Assembly: GCA_965200875.1 (NCBI GenBank)
Contig: OZ241456.1
Location: forward strand, 1,248,001-1,312,000
Direction of reading: 5' to 3'
Source: Bdellovibrionales bacterium
Lineage (GTDB): Bacteria; Bdellovibrionota; Bdellovibrionia; Bdellovibrionales; UBA1609
DNA length: 64,000 nucleotides
The notes under the pieces are model-generated. The model was not told the DNA's origin and ran no database searches. It was given only the letters and a program-made list of their open reading frames with translations. The number at the start of each line of letters is the position of its first letter. The first letter of the stretch is position 1. The translations under genes were made by a program, and so were the position numbers. Positions 1 through 8,569 of the stretch are shown in pieces.

Positions 1-7
1 AAAATTA

Positions 8-1054
8 TTGAAAAAATCAAAGGCGAAAAAAATAATAGCAGTGTCGGCAGGTAAGACTTTGGATAATCTGCACGATAGATTCTTTAAAAGATTTTTTTCA
101 GAAATTGCATTTGCCAAAGAGATCTTTAAACTGGTCTTATCTCCAGAAGAATTTTCAGCCTGCGACTGGGATACTTTAAAAGTGGAAAAAGACAGTTTAA
201 AAGATAAAATGGCAGACTTGGTTTTTACAGTCGCTCTTAAAGACAACCCTTCTGCCAAGTTTCAGTTCTGTATCCTTCTGGAACACAAGTCCTCTTACAA
301 TAAAAACCTCTTCCGGCAGGTTTTATCCTATCAGACTCTTCTCTATGAACGGAAGTCAGACAACATTATAGCTGTTATTCCCATTGTGTTTTATCATGGA
401 AAAAAGCCTTGGAGCTGGCCTATTTCTTTTCAGGAAGCCATTTTTGGACTGTTTTTTAATAAAATTCCTGTTTCCTTTCGTAAAAGTATGTTAGATTACA
501 AGTTGAAATTGCTGGACACCCATGATCCACAAGTTCAAAAAGCTTTAAAGGATCCAAACATTCAAAGCCGTGGAGCATTAGCATTGTTAAGCAAGATATG
601 GTTTTTAAAGAAGAGTGTGCCGGAGTTGTTGGAGTTTGTGTCTGCGTTTTCAGGTTTTTCGGGAAAGCGAGAGGATTTGATATTAAGTGCAGTGGATTAT
701 TTGAAGTCAGCGGGTGGAGTGAGTGTTGAATTATGGAAAAGAGTTGAGCATTTGGCAATAGAAAGAAGTTTATTAAAAAGAGGAGGTTATATGGACATAA
801 GAGAAGAGATTAAATTAGTGGGCATACAAGAAGGCATGCAAAAAGGTCTAAGAGAAGGAATACAAAAAGGCCGACAGGAAGGTCGTCAGGAAGGTCGTCA
901 GGAAGGTTTACAAGAGGGTATGCAAGAAGGCATGCAGAAAGGTCGTCAGGAAGTGGTACTTAATATGTTACAAAGTAATTTTAAGTTTTCCGTTATTTCT
1001 GAGATGACAGGGCTTTCTGAAGAGGAGATCAAAAAGCTGAAAAACAATTCTTGA
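8..1054 (+). CDS. Rpn family recombination-promoting nuclease / YhgA-like PD-(D/E)XK protein
   Basis: N-terminal HDRFFKRFF, ADLVF and LLEHKS motifs; C-terminal GRQE/GMQE repeats (12-bp DNA repeats ~875-910) and ...MTGLSEEEIKKL tail typical of the family. Start codon (TTG) uncertain. Confidence 0.88.
   Translation: MKKSKAKKIIAVSAGKTLDNLHDRFFKRFFSEIAFAKEIFKLVLSPEEFSACDWDTLKVEKDSLKDKMADLVFTVALKDNPSAKFQFCILLEHKSSYNKNLFRQVLSYQTLLYERKSDNIIAVIPIVFYHGKKPWSWPISFQEAIFGLFFNKIPVSFRKSMLDYKLKLLDTHDPQVQKALKDPNIQSRGALALLSKIWFLKKSVPELLEFVSAFSGFSGKREDLILSAVDYLKSAGGVSVELWKRVEHLAIERSLLKRGGYMDIREEIKLVGIQEGMQKGLREGIQKGRQEGRQEGRQEGLQEGMQEGMQKGRQEVVLNMLQSNFKFSVISEMTGLSEEEIKKLKNNS
791..1054 (+). CDS. Probable internally translated small C-terminal Rpn protein (RpnS-like antitoxin)
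   Basis: AGGAGG at 781-786 followed by an in-frame ATG at 791, just before the repeat region. Confidence 0.6.
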   Translation: MDIREEIKLVGIQEGMQKGLREGIQKGRQEGRQEGRQEGLQEGMQEGMQKGRQEVVLNMLQSNFKFSVISEMTGLSEEEIKKLKNNS

Positions 1055-1113
1055 TTTTAATATTTCATCCTTCTGAGTTCGTCCTCCGTGAACAAACTGT
1101 TACAACACTGTGA

Positions 1114-1482
1114 TTACTTGATTTTTTTTATAAAAGATTTGGAGTTCTGTTCTCTTTGTTTTGTTATAGCCTCACGCTGTTTTGCTGATTCCTCAAGCCA
1201 ATTCGCCCGTTTCAAATTCGCCAATAACAAATCTGCACCGGTAAAATTCGACCCTCGAAGATATGCACCTCTCAAATTCGAAAAGTAAAAAGTCGCACCA
1301 CTAAAATTCGCTTCTGCTAAAAATAACTTGCTCAAATCCACACCTGATAAACTACAATTAGTCCGGCCAAGCTTATTTATATACTGTCTAAAATTATTAA
1401 TATTACAGGTAGACTCAGCCTCATTTTGGCCATAGCTCAAAGCACCTAAGCTTAAAAAAAGTAAAGCAATTATTAATCTCAT
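1114..1482 (-). CDS. Secreted pentapeptide-repeat protein (short, divergent C-terminus)
   Basis: Signal peptide MRLIIALLFLSLGALSYG; A(N/D)(L/F)xx repeats; start overlaps the upstream stop. Confidence 0.75.
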   Translation of the reverse strand: MRLIIALLFLSLGALSYGQNEAESTCNINNFRQYINKLGRTNCSLSGVDLSKLFLAEANFSGATFYFSNLRGAYLRGSNFTGADLLLANLKRANWLEESAKQREAITKQREQNSKSFIKKIK

Positions 1483-1906
1483 TAGTTACCTTCCTCATTT
1501 TCAAAAACAACAAAACCACTTACACCTTGTGAGGTTAAATAAGCACCCAAATCCGGATCAACTTTCGCATTGGTAAAATTCGCACTACGCAAATCCGCCC
1601 CAGTAAAAATCGCATTGCGCAAATTCGCACTACGCAAATTCGCTCTGTACAAATTCGCCCCGGTCAAATTCGCCCCGGTCAAATTCGTCGCCCACAAACC
1701 CGCATTACGCAAATTCGCACTACGCAAATCCGCATTACGCAAATTCGCTCTGTACAAATTCACTCTTTGCAAATCCGCACCTTGCAAATTCGCATAGCTC
1801 AAATTCATTCTGAACAAAAATGCCCCTTCCAAATCGCACTGATGATTTCCTAGCATATAGATATAGTCGCGATAATTATTAATATTACAGGTAGACTCAG
1901 CCTCAT
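1482..1906 (-). pseudogene. Pentapeptide-repeat paralogue lacking its signal-peptide region (residual ORF 1482-1856)
   Basis: Similarity to the paralogues (NEAESTCNINNY) extends to ~1906 and stops abruptly at a duplicated foreign segment; shared C-terminus AKVDP..YLTSQG.SGFVV. Confidence 0.7.
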
Positions 1907-2095
1907 TGACTTGTTTTCTGGGTGGAAGTCAGATCAAATGGTTACAGGGTAAAAGCATATATATTTGACTTTATGGCCTATTTTATTCACCATTCAGGGA
2001 GTTATGGAAAGTAATTTAACAAAACAACAGATCAATCACCTAACAGAAAGTGGCTTTACAGTCGAACAGGCAGAGGCTATTGTTCGAACCATAGA
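1907..2095 (+). repeat. ~190-bp near-identical direct copy of 4192-4382 (upstream region and first ~30 codons of the 4291 gene)
   Basis: Direct comparison, tgacttgttttctgggtggaagtc...gttcgaaccataga at both loci. Confidence 0.92.
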
Positions 2096-2133
2096 CAGGC
2101 TCTTCGTAAACCAAAAAGAGAGTTGTAGACATT

Positions 2134-2733
2134 CTACTGCATATTTGAGATAGCAGGAGCTTCTTCAACAACAACAAAACCACTTATACCTTGTGAGGTT
2201 AAATAAGTCGCCAAGGCCGGATCAACTTTCGCAGAGGTTAAAATTACCCCAGTCAAATCCGCCCCGGTCAGATTCGTATTACTCAAATCCGCCCCAGTCA
2301 TATTCGCATTGACCAAATTCGCCTCGTACAAATTCGCACCTCGCAAACTCGCATTGACCAAATACGCCACAGACAAATCCGCCATAGACAAATCCGCCAT
2401 AGACAAAATTGCCCTTTCCAAATTCGCCCCGAACAAATTCGCCCCGGTCAGATTCGTATTACTCAAATCCGCCCCAGTCAAATCCGCACTAAATAAATGT
2501 GCCACGGTCAAATTTGCATTACGCAAATTCGCATCGATCAAATTCGCATGACTCAAAATTGCATAAGACATATTCTCCTCTATCAAATCCGCTCCGCGCA
2601 AATCGCATTTATAATTTCCGGGAGTATAGATATAATCTCGATAATTATTAATATTACAGGTAGACTCAGACTCATTCTGTCCATAGCTCAAAGCACCTAA
2701 GCTTAAAAATAGTAAAGTAATTATTATTTTCAT
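2134..2733 (-). CDS. Secreted pentapeptide-repeat protein
   Basis: Signal peptide nearly identical to that of the 1114-1482 gene; long A(D/N)Lxx array; AAGGAGG RBS. Confidence 0.9.
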   Translation of the reverse strand: MKIIITLLFLSLGALSYGQNESESTCNINNYRDYIYTPGNYKCDLRGADLIEENMSYAILSHANLIDANLRNANLTVAHLFSADLTGADLSNTNLTGANLFGANLERAILSMADLSMADLSVAYLVNASLRGANLYEANLVNANMTGADLSNTNLTGADLTGVILTSAKVDPALATYLTSQGISGFVVVEEAPAISNMQ

Positions 2734-3000
2734 TAGTAACCTCCTTGTTTGGGTTTATTTGCATAATACAGGTGTTTATGAAAAACACTTAATAAAAAAA
2801 CAAGTCCGGGTAATATTTACACGAAAAAATAACTGGAATCATAAAGACATGGGGGACAATGTCCATCGCTTGGGTGGATGACCATTTTTTCTGGGATTTC
2901 AGTTTTTCGCTCTAAGCACTTGAAATAACAAAGCTTTTCACCATCAGAAACTCGATTTTTCTTATCAAAAAAGAAGCTGGCCAATATTTCTAAAAACGAA

Positions 3001-3029
3001 AAAGCCCGTCTGAGATAGACAGGCTCTTT
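3001..3029 (-). terminator. Rho-independent terminator downstream of 3063-3977
   Basis: Minus strand AGCCTGTCT-loop-AGACGGGCT-TTTT (one G-U pair). Confidence 0.6.
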
Positions 3030-3062
3030 CTAAACAAAGGAAGTTATGAAAATTAAGAGAAT

Positions 3063-3977
3063 TTAGAAAAATTTTACTAGAGGTGCTTCAACAACAACAA
3101 AACCACTTACACCCTGTGCTTCTAAATATTCCACTTGGTATGGTCTAACTTTCGCCCCGGTAAAATCTGCACCGCTCAAGTCCATTTCTTTAAAAATCGC
3201 TTCGTACAAAATTGCATTTGTAAAATTCGCATTGTTCACATTTGAATTTTGCAATCTCATATTAAACAAATCCGCATTGGTAAAATCTGCACCGCTCAAA
3301 TCTGCATTTACAAATCTTGCTCTAGGTAACTCCGCATCAGTTAAATTTGCACCGGACAAATTTGCCTCTTCAAAATTTGAATCTATAGCCTGTATATTTG
3401 ACATATTAGCACCGGACAAATCTGCCTTATAAAAAGTAGAAAAATTCAAAATCGCACCGCTCAAATCCTTTTCACGCAAATCTGCACCGCTCAAATCACA
3501 CCTAAATGGAACATCTGTCTTATATCTATATTCATCAAAATAATTATTAATACCACATGAATAATTAGTTTTATATCTCTTCCGATCGGCTTGCGAGCCC
3601 CTAACACTAGTAGTAAAACCAGTAAGAAATGTAAAAAGTCTCGATATGAATCCTTGATTATCTAAGTAATTACTGCTTACGCTATTAAGCTTTTGAATCT
3701 TGTACGCGTCCGGTTCTGTCGGCAGGCGCAGTTTAGTACCTTGAAAATTTGTACCTTGTAAATTTGCACCTTGTAAATTCGCATCTTTAAAAGTAGGGCT
3801 TTTTCTATACAAATCTATTCTTGCACCTTCATTTCTCCGGTCTTCTTCTGTACCATGATCACCAGCTGATAATTCTCTCTTAGTGATTCCAGCCCCTCCT
3901 ACAAAAAACAAGACAGCCGACAATAAAAAACCAAAACCAAAGCCAATTAATACATTTTTATTCATTATCTTTTTCAT
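3063..3977 (-). CDS. Membrane-anchored or secreted pentapeptide-repeat protein
   Basis: N-terminal hydrophobic segment, two blocks of pentapeptide repeats, shared ...QGVSGFVVVEA C-terminus. Confidence 0.88.
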   Translation of the reverse strand: MKKIMNKNVLIGFGFGFLLSAVLFFVGGAGITKRELSAGDHGTEEDRRNEGARIDLYRKSPTFKDANLQGANLQGTNFQGTKLRLPTEPDAYKIQKLNSVSSNYLDNQGFISRLFTFLTGFTTSVRGSQADRKRYKTNYSCGINNYFDEYRYKTDVPFRCDLSGADLREKDLSGAILNFSTFYKADLSGANMSNIQAIDSNFEEANLSGANLTDAELPRARFVNADLSGADFTNADLFNMRLQNSNVNNANFTNAILYEAIFKEMDLSGADFTGAKVRPYQVEYLEAQGVSGFVVVEAPLVKFF

Positions 3978-4018
3978 AAAATACTCCTTTTAAAATCTCA
4001 TTTAATCGAGATACCTCC

Positions 4019-4046
4019 AGACTAACGGGGGGGGGGTAAAAGTCAA
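4019..4046 (-). promoter_or_regulatory. Sigma70-like promoter with a C10 tract in the spacer
   Basis: Minus strand TTGACT-(TTTA C10 GT; 16 nt)-TAGTCT, ~40 nt upstream of the 3977 start. Confidence 0.6.
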
Positions 4047-4092
4047 GTATTTAAGGATTTTCACCTCGGATTTTAAAACTGAAGTCTTGTAA

Positions 4093-4120
4093 TGTTCTTG
4101 ACCCCAAAAATTTAGATACC
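4093..4120 (+). mobile_element. Orphan terminal inverted repeat of the IS2-like element
   Basis: TGTTCTTGACCCCAAAAATTTAGATACC matches the reverse complement of 15420-15447 at 25/28 positions. Confidence 0.65.
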
Positions 4121-4290
4121 ACGGAAGTGGATCACCATTTTTTCTCTGACCAAAATTACATAAAAAGACAGTTTTTAAGTTATTGAATCACTGACTTGTT
4201 TTCTGGGTGGAAGTCAGATCAAATGGTTACAGGGTAAAAGCATATATATATTTGACTTTTTGTCCTGTTTCATTCACCATTCAGGGAGTT

Positions 4291-4707
4291 ATGGAAAGTA
4301 ATTTAACAAAACAACAGATCAATCACCTAACAGAAAGTGGCTTTACAGTCGAACAGGCAGAGGCTATTGTTCGAACCATAGAACAAAGAGCTGTCAATAA
4401 AAAAGATCTGGAGCTTTTGAAAAAAGATTTAAAGCTTTGGACTTTAGGGGTTGTAATAAGTGGATTCGTTTTATTTGCAGGCTTTATAAGTTATCTGGAT
4501 AGCAAAACCAACGCACGGCTGGACAATATGGAATCTCAAACCAGCTCACGCCTTGACAACATAGAATCCCGATTCAACGAAAGATTTAATAAAATAGACG
4601 AAAGATTTAACAGAATAGAAGCAGACATAAAAACTTTATTACTGCTGAACTCTCCAAATTCACATAAGATAAAAACAAATAAAAACAAATCAGAAGATAT
4701 TAAATAA
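4291..4707 (+). CDS. Coiled-coil membrane protein (DUF1640-like)
   Basis: L.ESGFT.EQAEAIV motif, one TM segment, heptad repeats (RFNKIDERFNRIE); GGGAG RBS before ATG 4291. Confidence 0.7.
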   Translation: MESNLTKQQINHLTESGFTVEQAEAIVRTIEQRAVNKKDLELLKKDLKLWTLGVVISGFVLFAGFISYLDSKTNARLDNMESQTSSRLDNIESRFNERFNKIDERFNRIEADIKTLLLLNSPNSHKIKTNKNKSEDIK

Positions 4708-4939
4708 TCATCCGTGATAAAGGTGTTAACACATTTAATTAACAGCTTTTTTAAGAGAATGTGCCATAATCAACTAATCAAGCTTTGACTCTATCTTATC
4801 CATACGCTTTTTCATACGCGCTTGATTGGCTTTTACTGGTTGTATTTGCCAATTCATTTAATAGGTTTTTCACATCCAAATATTTAGTCGCCAGTGAACT
4901 TGTGAGATTTTTAATCCTTTGACTTTACACGGTGGCCTA

Positions 4940-5404
4940 TCATGGTAACAACTTTGAATGTTTTTTGTATTCTTGATATATTTTGCCTCGAGGTTTTTTT
5001 ATTATCTCAGAGTTTGTAAAGTCTTCATGTAACTTTTTATCACCTCCACTGCGACTAAATAACAATCTGGATTTTTCCTCCACTAAAGCTATAGCAATAA
5101 TATGTGTATCGTTAGACTTCAATGTTACATTGTTTATAACTCTGTTATTATTATCAATCTCCTTTTTCTTTTCTTTTGAAGAGGTTTGATAAGCTCCTCC
5201 ACTGTTCTTTAACAGACTCACCATCTTAAGCATACAACTATCCTTTTGTATTTCCTCTAAACTCTTTTCATCATCACCATATACTAATATTAATGTCTGT
5301 TTTTGAATACATTGATGAACAGGTTTTGAATCTTCATGCTCTGGATCCACAAATTTATGAAAAGCTTCCGCATCAACAAGTATTCCCTTTTTTGATAATC
5401 CCAT
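4940..5404 (-). CDS. PIN-like domain protein (putative ribonuclease/toxin)
   Basis: ILVDA at the N-terminus, EE, SNDTHIIAIA and SRSGGDKKL give the PIN acidic-residue pattern. Confidence 0.65.
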   Translation of the reverse strand: MGLSKKGILVDAEAFHKFVDPEHEDSKPVHQCIQKQTLILVYGDDEKSLEEIQKDSCMLKMVSLLKNSGGAYQTSSKEKKKEIDNNNRVINNVTLKSNDTHIIAIALVEEKSRLLFSRSGGDKKLHEDFTNSEIIKKPRGKIYQEYKKHSKLLP

Positions 5405-5435
5405 AATATTTCCTTAAAAGATAGTATTATACAGG

Positions 5436-6710
5436 TCAATCTTTCAAACCCAGAAGTTTGTAATCTTCTGATAGAAAAAAAGTCTGATAGCTGTCCGGTT
5501 GATTGTTCATGTTTCCATTTCGATCAATAGTGACAGGATAGATTTTTGCTTCTCCATTTTTCAGTTCAAAATAAAGTATTAAAAAATCTTCAGGTCGTAG
5601 CTTTTCTTCTTTGATTTCAATACGCGCCCTTTGAATGATATGATCACTATGAGTTTCACAAATAAATTTATATTTTTCTTTGTGTTTATTTATCATATTA
5701 ACCATAAGAGAGGCAAATTCAGCTTCCACTCTTGGGTGTAAATGAGTTTCTGGTTGTTGCATTAAAAAAGTGTTGTATTTTTCTGAATCTGAAATAAACA
5801 AATTTGCCAATACAGGTAAAAATTGGCTCACCCCATAACCAACATTTGTAATATCTGATGTTAATTCGTCAACTGTTATTTTTATTGAAAATGGTGATTC
5901 ACTATTATTCTTATCTAGGATATCTATATCCAAATTTTGAAAAAGTTTTGAATTTTTACCGAATTTATTAAACTCTTCGCGGATTTCATTCCAGTTATTA
6001 TTTTTCTTCATCTCTGCTAGTTTACATAAAACATAGGATGGATCTGTAGTTTTAACTTCTGTACGATCATATTGGACTTTCGGCTTTAAATGGATCGGAT
6101 CAAGTAGATTACAAGATATATTTTTTAAATTTCCACTTTCCTTAAACCTTACAAGAGAAGTTACTTTTGAATGTAAAACTTTATTTTTTTCAAGCTCTTT
6201 TTTTAGCTCGTTACACAAAAAAGAAATTACTCCAAAAAAGTGAATAGAGAAATGAGCAGGTGTTGTAGCGCTATAACTCTTTTGTCCATTTACAAGAATC
6301 TCCATCATACTGTATTTCTTTAAGTTTACTTCTATACTGTTTTCAGAGCAATGTATTAAAATTTTCTCGCAAGATTTTCCATTTTTTATTGAATATTCCA
6401 CATCCCAAATATTTTGTTCTCCAAGTTTTAAAGTGGCTCCTATGTTCACTATATCAGTATTACCTTGGTTTCTCACAATATACTTGGACCCTCCAAGATA
6501 TTTATAAGTTGTTCCTTTTAATAAATCTTCTATAGATGAAGGCTTTACTGGGTTGTCTGCATACAACAAATCATGGATAAGTTTATAAGCAGATAAGAAT
6601 GTTGTTTTTCCTGTATTATTTTCACCGACAATGATAGTGATAGGACAAATTGCGGTTTTCGATTCAGGAAAACATCTTAAGTTTTTTATCCTTACTTCAT
6701 TGATTTGCAT
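5436..6710 (-). CDS. ABC-type (AAA_15/AAA_21-like) ATPase with DUF3696-like C-terminus
   Basis: IKNLRCF, Walker A GENNTGKT, signature-like VGYGVSQ, Walker B/D-loop LMQQPETHLHP, H-loop ETHS; GGAGG RBS before ATG 6710. Confidence 0.88.
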   Translation of the reverse strand: MQINEVRIKNLRCFPESKTAICPITIIVGENNTGKTTFLSAYKLIHDLLYADNPVKPSSIEDLLKGTTYKYLGGSKYIVRNQGNTDIVNIGATLKLGEQNIWDVEYSIKNGKSCEKILIHCSENSIEVNLKKYSMMEILVNGQKSYSATTPAHFSIHFFGVISFLCNELKKELEKNKVLHSKVTSLVRFKESGNLKNISCNLLDPIHLKPKVQYDRTEVKTTDPSYVLCKLAEMKKNNNWNEIREEFNKFGKNSKLFQNLDIDILDKNNSESPFSIKITVDELTSDITNVGYGVSQFLPVLANLFISDSEKYNTFLMQQPETHLHPRVEAEFASLMVNMINKHKEKYKFICETHSDHIIQRARIEIKEEKLRPEDFLILYFELKNGEAKIYPVTIDRNGNMNNQPDSYQTFFLSEDYKLLGLKD

Positions 6711-6712
6711 AA

Positions 6713-8146
6713 CTACCTCCATAGTTTAAAAATCATATTCAATAAATTTCTTTTTTCAAATTTTACATCTTCTTGTAATACTTTAATACGACTGACATCC
6801 CCTTTTCCAACAATACTTAAAAAATAACACTCCCTATTGCAAGAGGATTCGTATTTATTCATTTGCCCTGATAAAAAATTATATTCCACTCTATCTAATT
6901 TTGGCCACCAGTCCTTAAATAATAAAAAACGTATCATCATTAACACTTCTATACTGGATAAATGTTGACTGAATGGAAAAACATTTTCATTTCCAAATCC
7001 TCGGCTTGAATGTAAATGTTCAATATAGGAAGGGTCTTCTAAAGAACCGTCAAGTTCCATAGATACATCTGAAGTTGTATACTGCTTTCTGCATAACATA
7101 CATTTGTGCCCATAAGTGACAATGTGAGCGTTCCATCGAGCATCAGAAAATTTATCATGCCGTTTGTTCACTGCAATGCCTCCATCAATAACAGGTATTA
7201 AGTGAGCATAAGCTATATGATTTAAAATATCTCTCGCCAGTGGTTTATCTACACAACTGAAAATAATATCACAATCCAAAGCCGCTTTGAACGCAGACCT
7301 TGATTGTATAGGTTGTATGAGAGATTTTACTTTCACATTTTCATTCACAGAATGTTTCAGCATCTTGGTTCTAAAGAATTCAGTCTTGAATTTTCCAATA
7401 TCTTTTTTGGTGGCATAAAGCAATCTGTCCAAATTATGCTCTTCAATTTTATCGTGATCTATTAAAACAACATTTCCGATTCCTATTCTCGCCAAATTCT
7501 CAACAACCATTGAACCCACACTGCCCACACCTACGATCCCCACTGTCATCCTGTTGATTTTTAATTGCTCATCCAATCCCCAAGTTTCAATAGTCCTCTT
7601 TAAAATATTTTTATTTTGAAATGTACTATATGCCTGCTCATTAAATGTAACTTTTAAACAACTTCCAATTACTTTCACTTTATTACACCAAAATCGCTTG
7701 AATGCTCTGTCCTTCTGTTTTATCCAAAATCTGGCACTCCAACTTTCATCTGTACCTAGTGTTAAACCAACCAAAGGCATATTTGTGCTGTTAGCAGGTG
7801 ATGCTATGCGATCTTTTTCCGCAATAATATCCGGTCCACTCATATCCTGCCATCCCTCTGTTGGATGACTATGCATAAAAGCAAGTCCCGCTTTCTTTTT
7901 TATAGCTATTCGTAATGAACGAGCTAAAAATTGTGGTAGAAAACTTGTATTGCCATGAAGTTCCCGTTCATCTTCTTCAGGGAGAATAATCTCAGAGATA
8001 AGAGCTGTTGTCTTACTCATACCATTACAAGGATACCAAAGCGCGAAACATAACTCTTCCTGATGCTCATTTTGCTTAAAATGAGACAACAAATGGTTGC
8101 AGGCAATGCTGTGAGCTTTTTCTGTTAAAGTAACTTCATATTTCAT
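6713..8146 (-). CDS. JAB/MPN peptidase fused to a ThiF/E1-like adenylating enzyme
   Basis: N-terminal E...HSHP-x6-S-x2-D JAB motif; C-terminal GVGSVG, DHDKIEEHNLDR, SCVD, CxxC and CxxxC; ATG 8146 overlaps the upstream TGA. Confidence 0.88.
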   Translation of the reverse strand: MKYEVTLTEKAHSIACNHLLSHFKQNEHQEELCFALWYPCNGMSKTTALISEIILPEEDERELHGNTSFLPQFLARSLRIAIKKKAGLAFMHSHPTEGWQDMSGPDIIAEKDRIASPANSTNMPLVGLTLGTDESWSARFWIKQKDRAFKRFWCNKVKVIGSCLKVTFNEQAYSTFQNKNILKRTIETWGLDEQLKINRMTVGIVGVGSVGSMVVENLARIGIGNVVLIDHDKIEEHNLDRLLYATKKDIGKFKTEFFRTKMLKHSVNENVKVKSLIQPIQSRSAFKAALDCDIIFSCVDKPLARDILNHIAYAHLIPVIDGGIAVNKRHDKFSDARWNAHIVTYGHKCMLCRKQYTTSDVSMELDGSLEDPSYIEHLHSSRGFGNENVFPFSQHLSSIEVLMMIRFLLFKDWWPKLDRVEYNFLSGQMNKYESSCNRECYFLSIVGKGDVSRIKVLQEDVKFEKRNLLNMIFKLWR

Positions 8147-8565
8147 AAGTGCTTCCAAAAATTTCTTAAATGAGACTCAAAAAAGGTATGCAAACTTTTT
8201 TTTGAATTATCCAAGCCATCCCATATATCTTGAGGTGGACGACTAAGTGTCATCCAGTTTTCTCCACTATGTTCATACTGTTCATGTATCTGACCTATTT
8301 TTTGTATTTCCTCTTCACTAAATTCCTCTGTTTTTAAATGTATAAAATGAGGTGGTAATCTTGGATAATCACTTAGTGGCAGTTCTATACCTATTGTGAT
8401 TTTCTTCTTCTCTAGGGAACCACAGGGAATGACATACTTAAATACACATAGGTAACCATCTCTTTTTGAAGATAAGTTCCGGTTTTTCATATCTTGTATC
8501 TGCTGTAACTCACAAGAGAGAATCTTTTTTATTTCTTTTTGGATTTGATTCGTTAAATTTTCCAC
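8143..8565 (-). CDS. Prokaryotic E2/UBC-like protein
   Basis: LP..DYP..PP motif followed by W..LSRP...W; lies between the Ubl and JAB-E1 genes. Confidence 0.72.
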   Translation of the reverse strand: MENLTNQIQKEIKKILSCELQQIQDMKNRNLSSKRDGYLCVFKYVIPCGSLEKKKITIGIELPLSDYPRLPPHFIHLKTEEFSEEEIQKIGQIHEQYEHSGENWMTLSRPPQDIWDGLDNSKKSLHTFFESHLRNFWKHL

Positions 8566-8569
8566 TGAA

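Noticed and set aside
1500..2600. 15-bp periodic aaattcgc repeats as a possible CRISPR array or DGR template
   Set aside because: Coding pentapeptide periodicity; no unique spacers, cas genes or reverse transcriptase in the window.
1570..3432. Plus-strand ORFs with KFA/KSA repeats (1570-1797, 2309-2551, 3232-3432)
   Set aside because: Antisense shadows of the pentapeptide-repeat genes.
6713..8146. ThiF/MoeB cofactor-biosynthesis role, or CBASS Cap2/Cap3
   Set aside because: No thi/moa genes or GG-ending sulfur carrier nearby, and no CD-NTase in the window; the context is a multi-Ubl plus E2.
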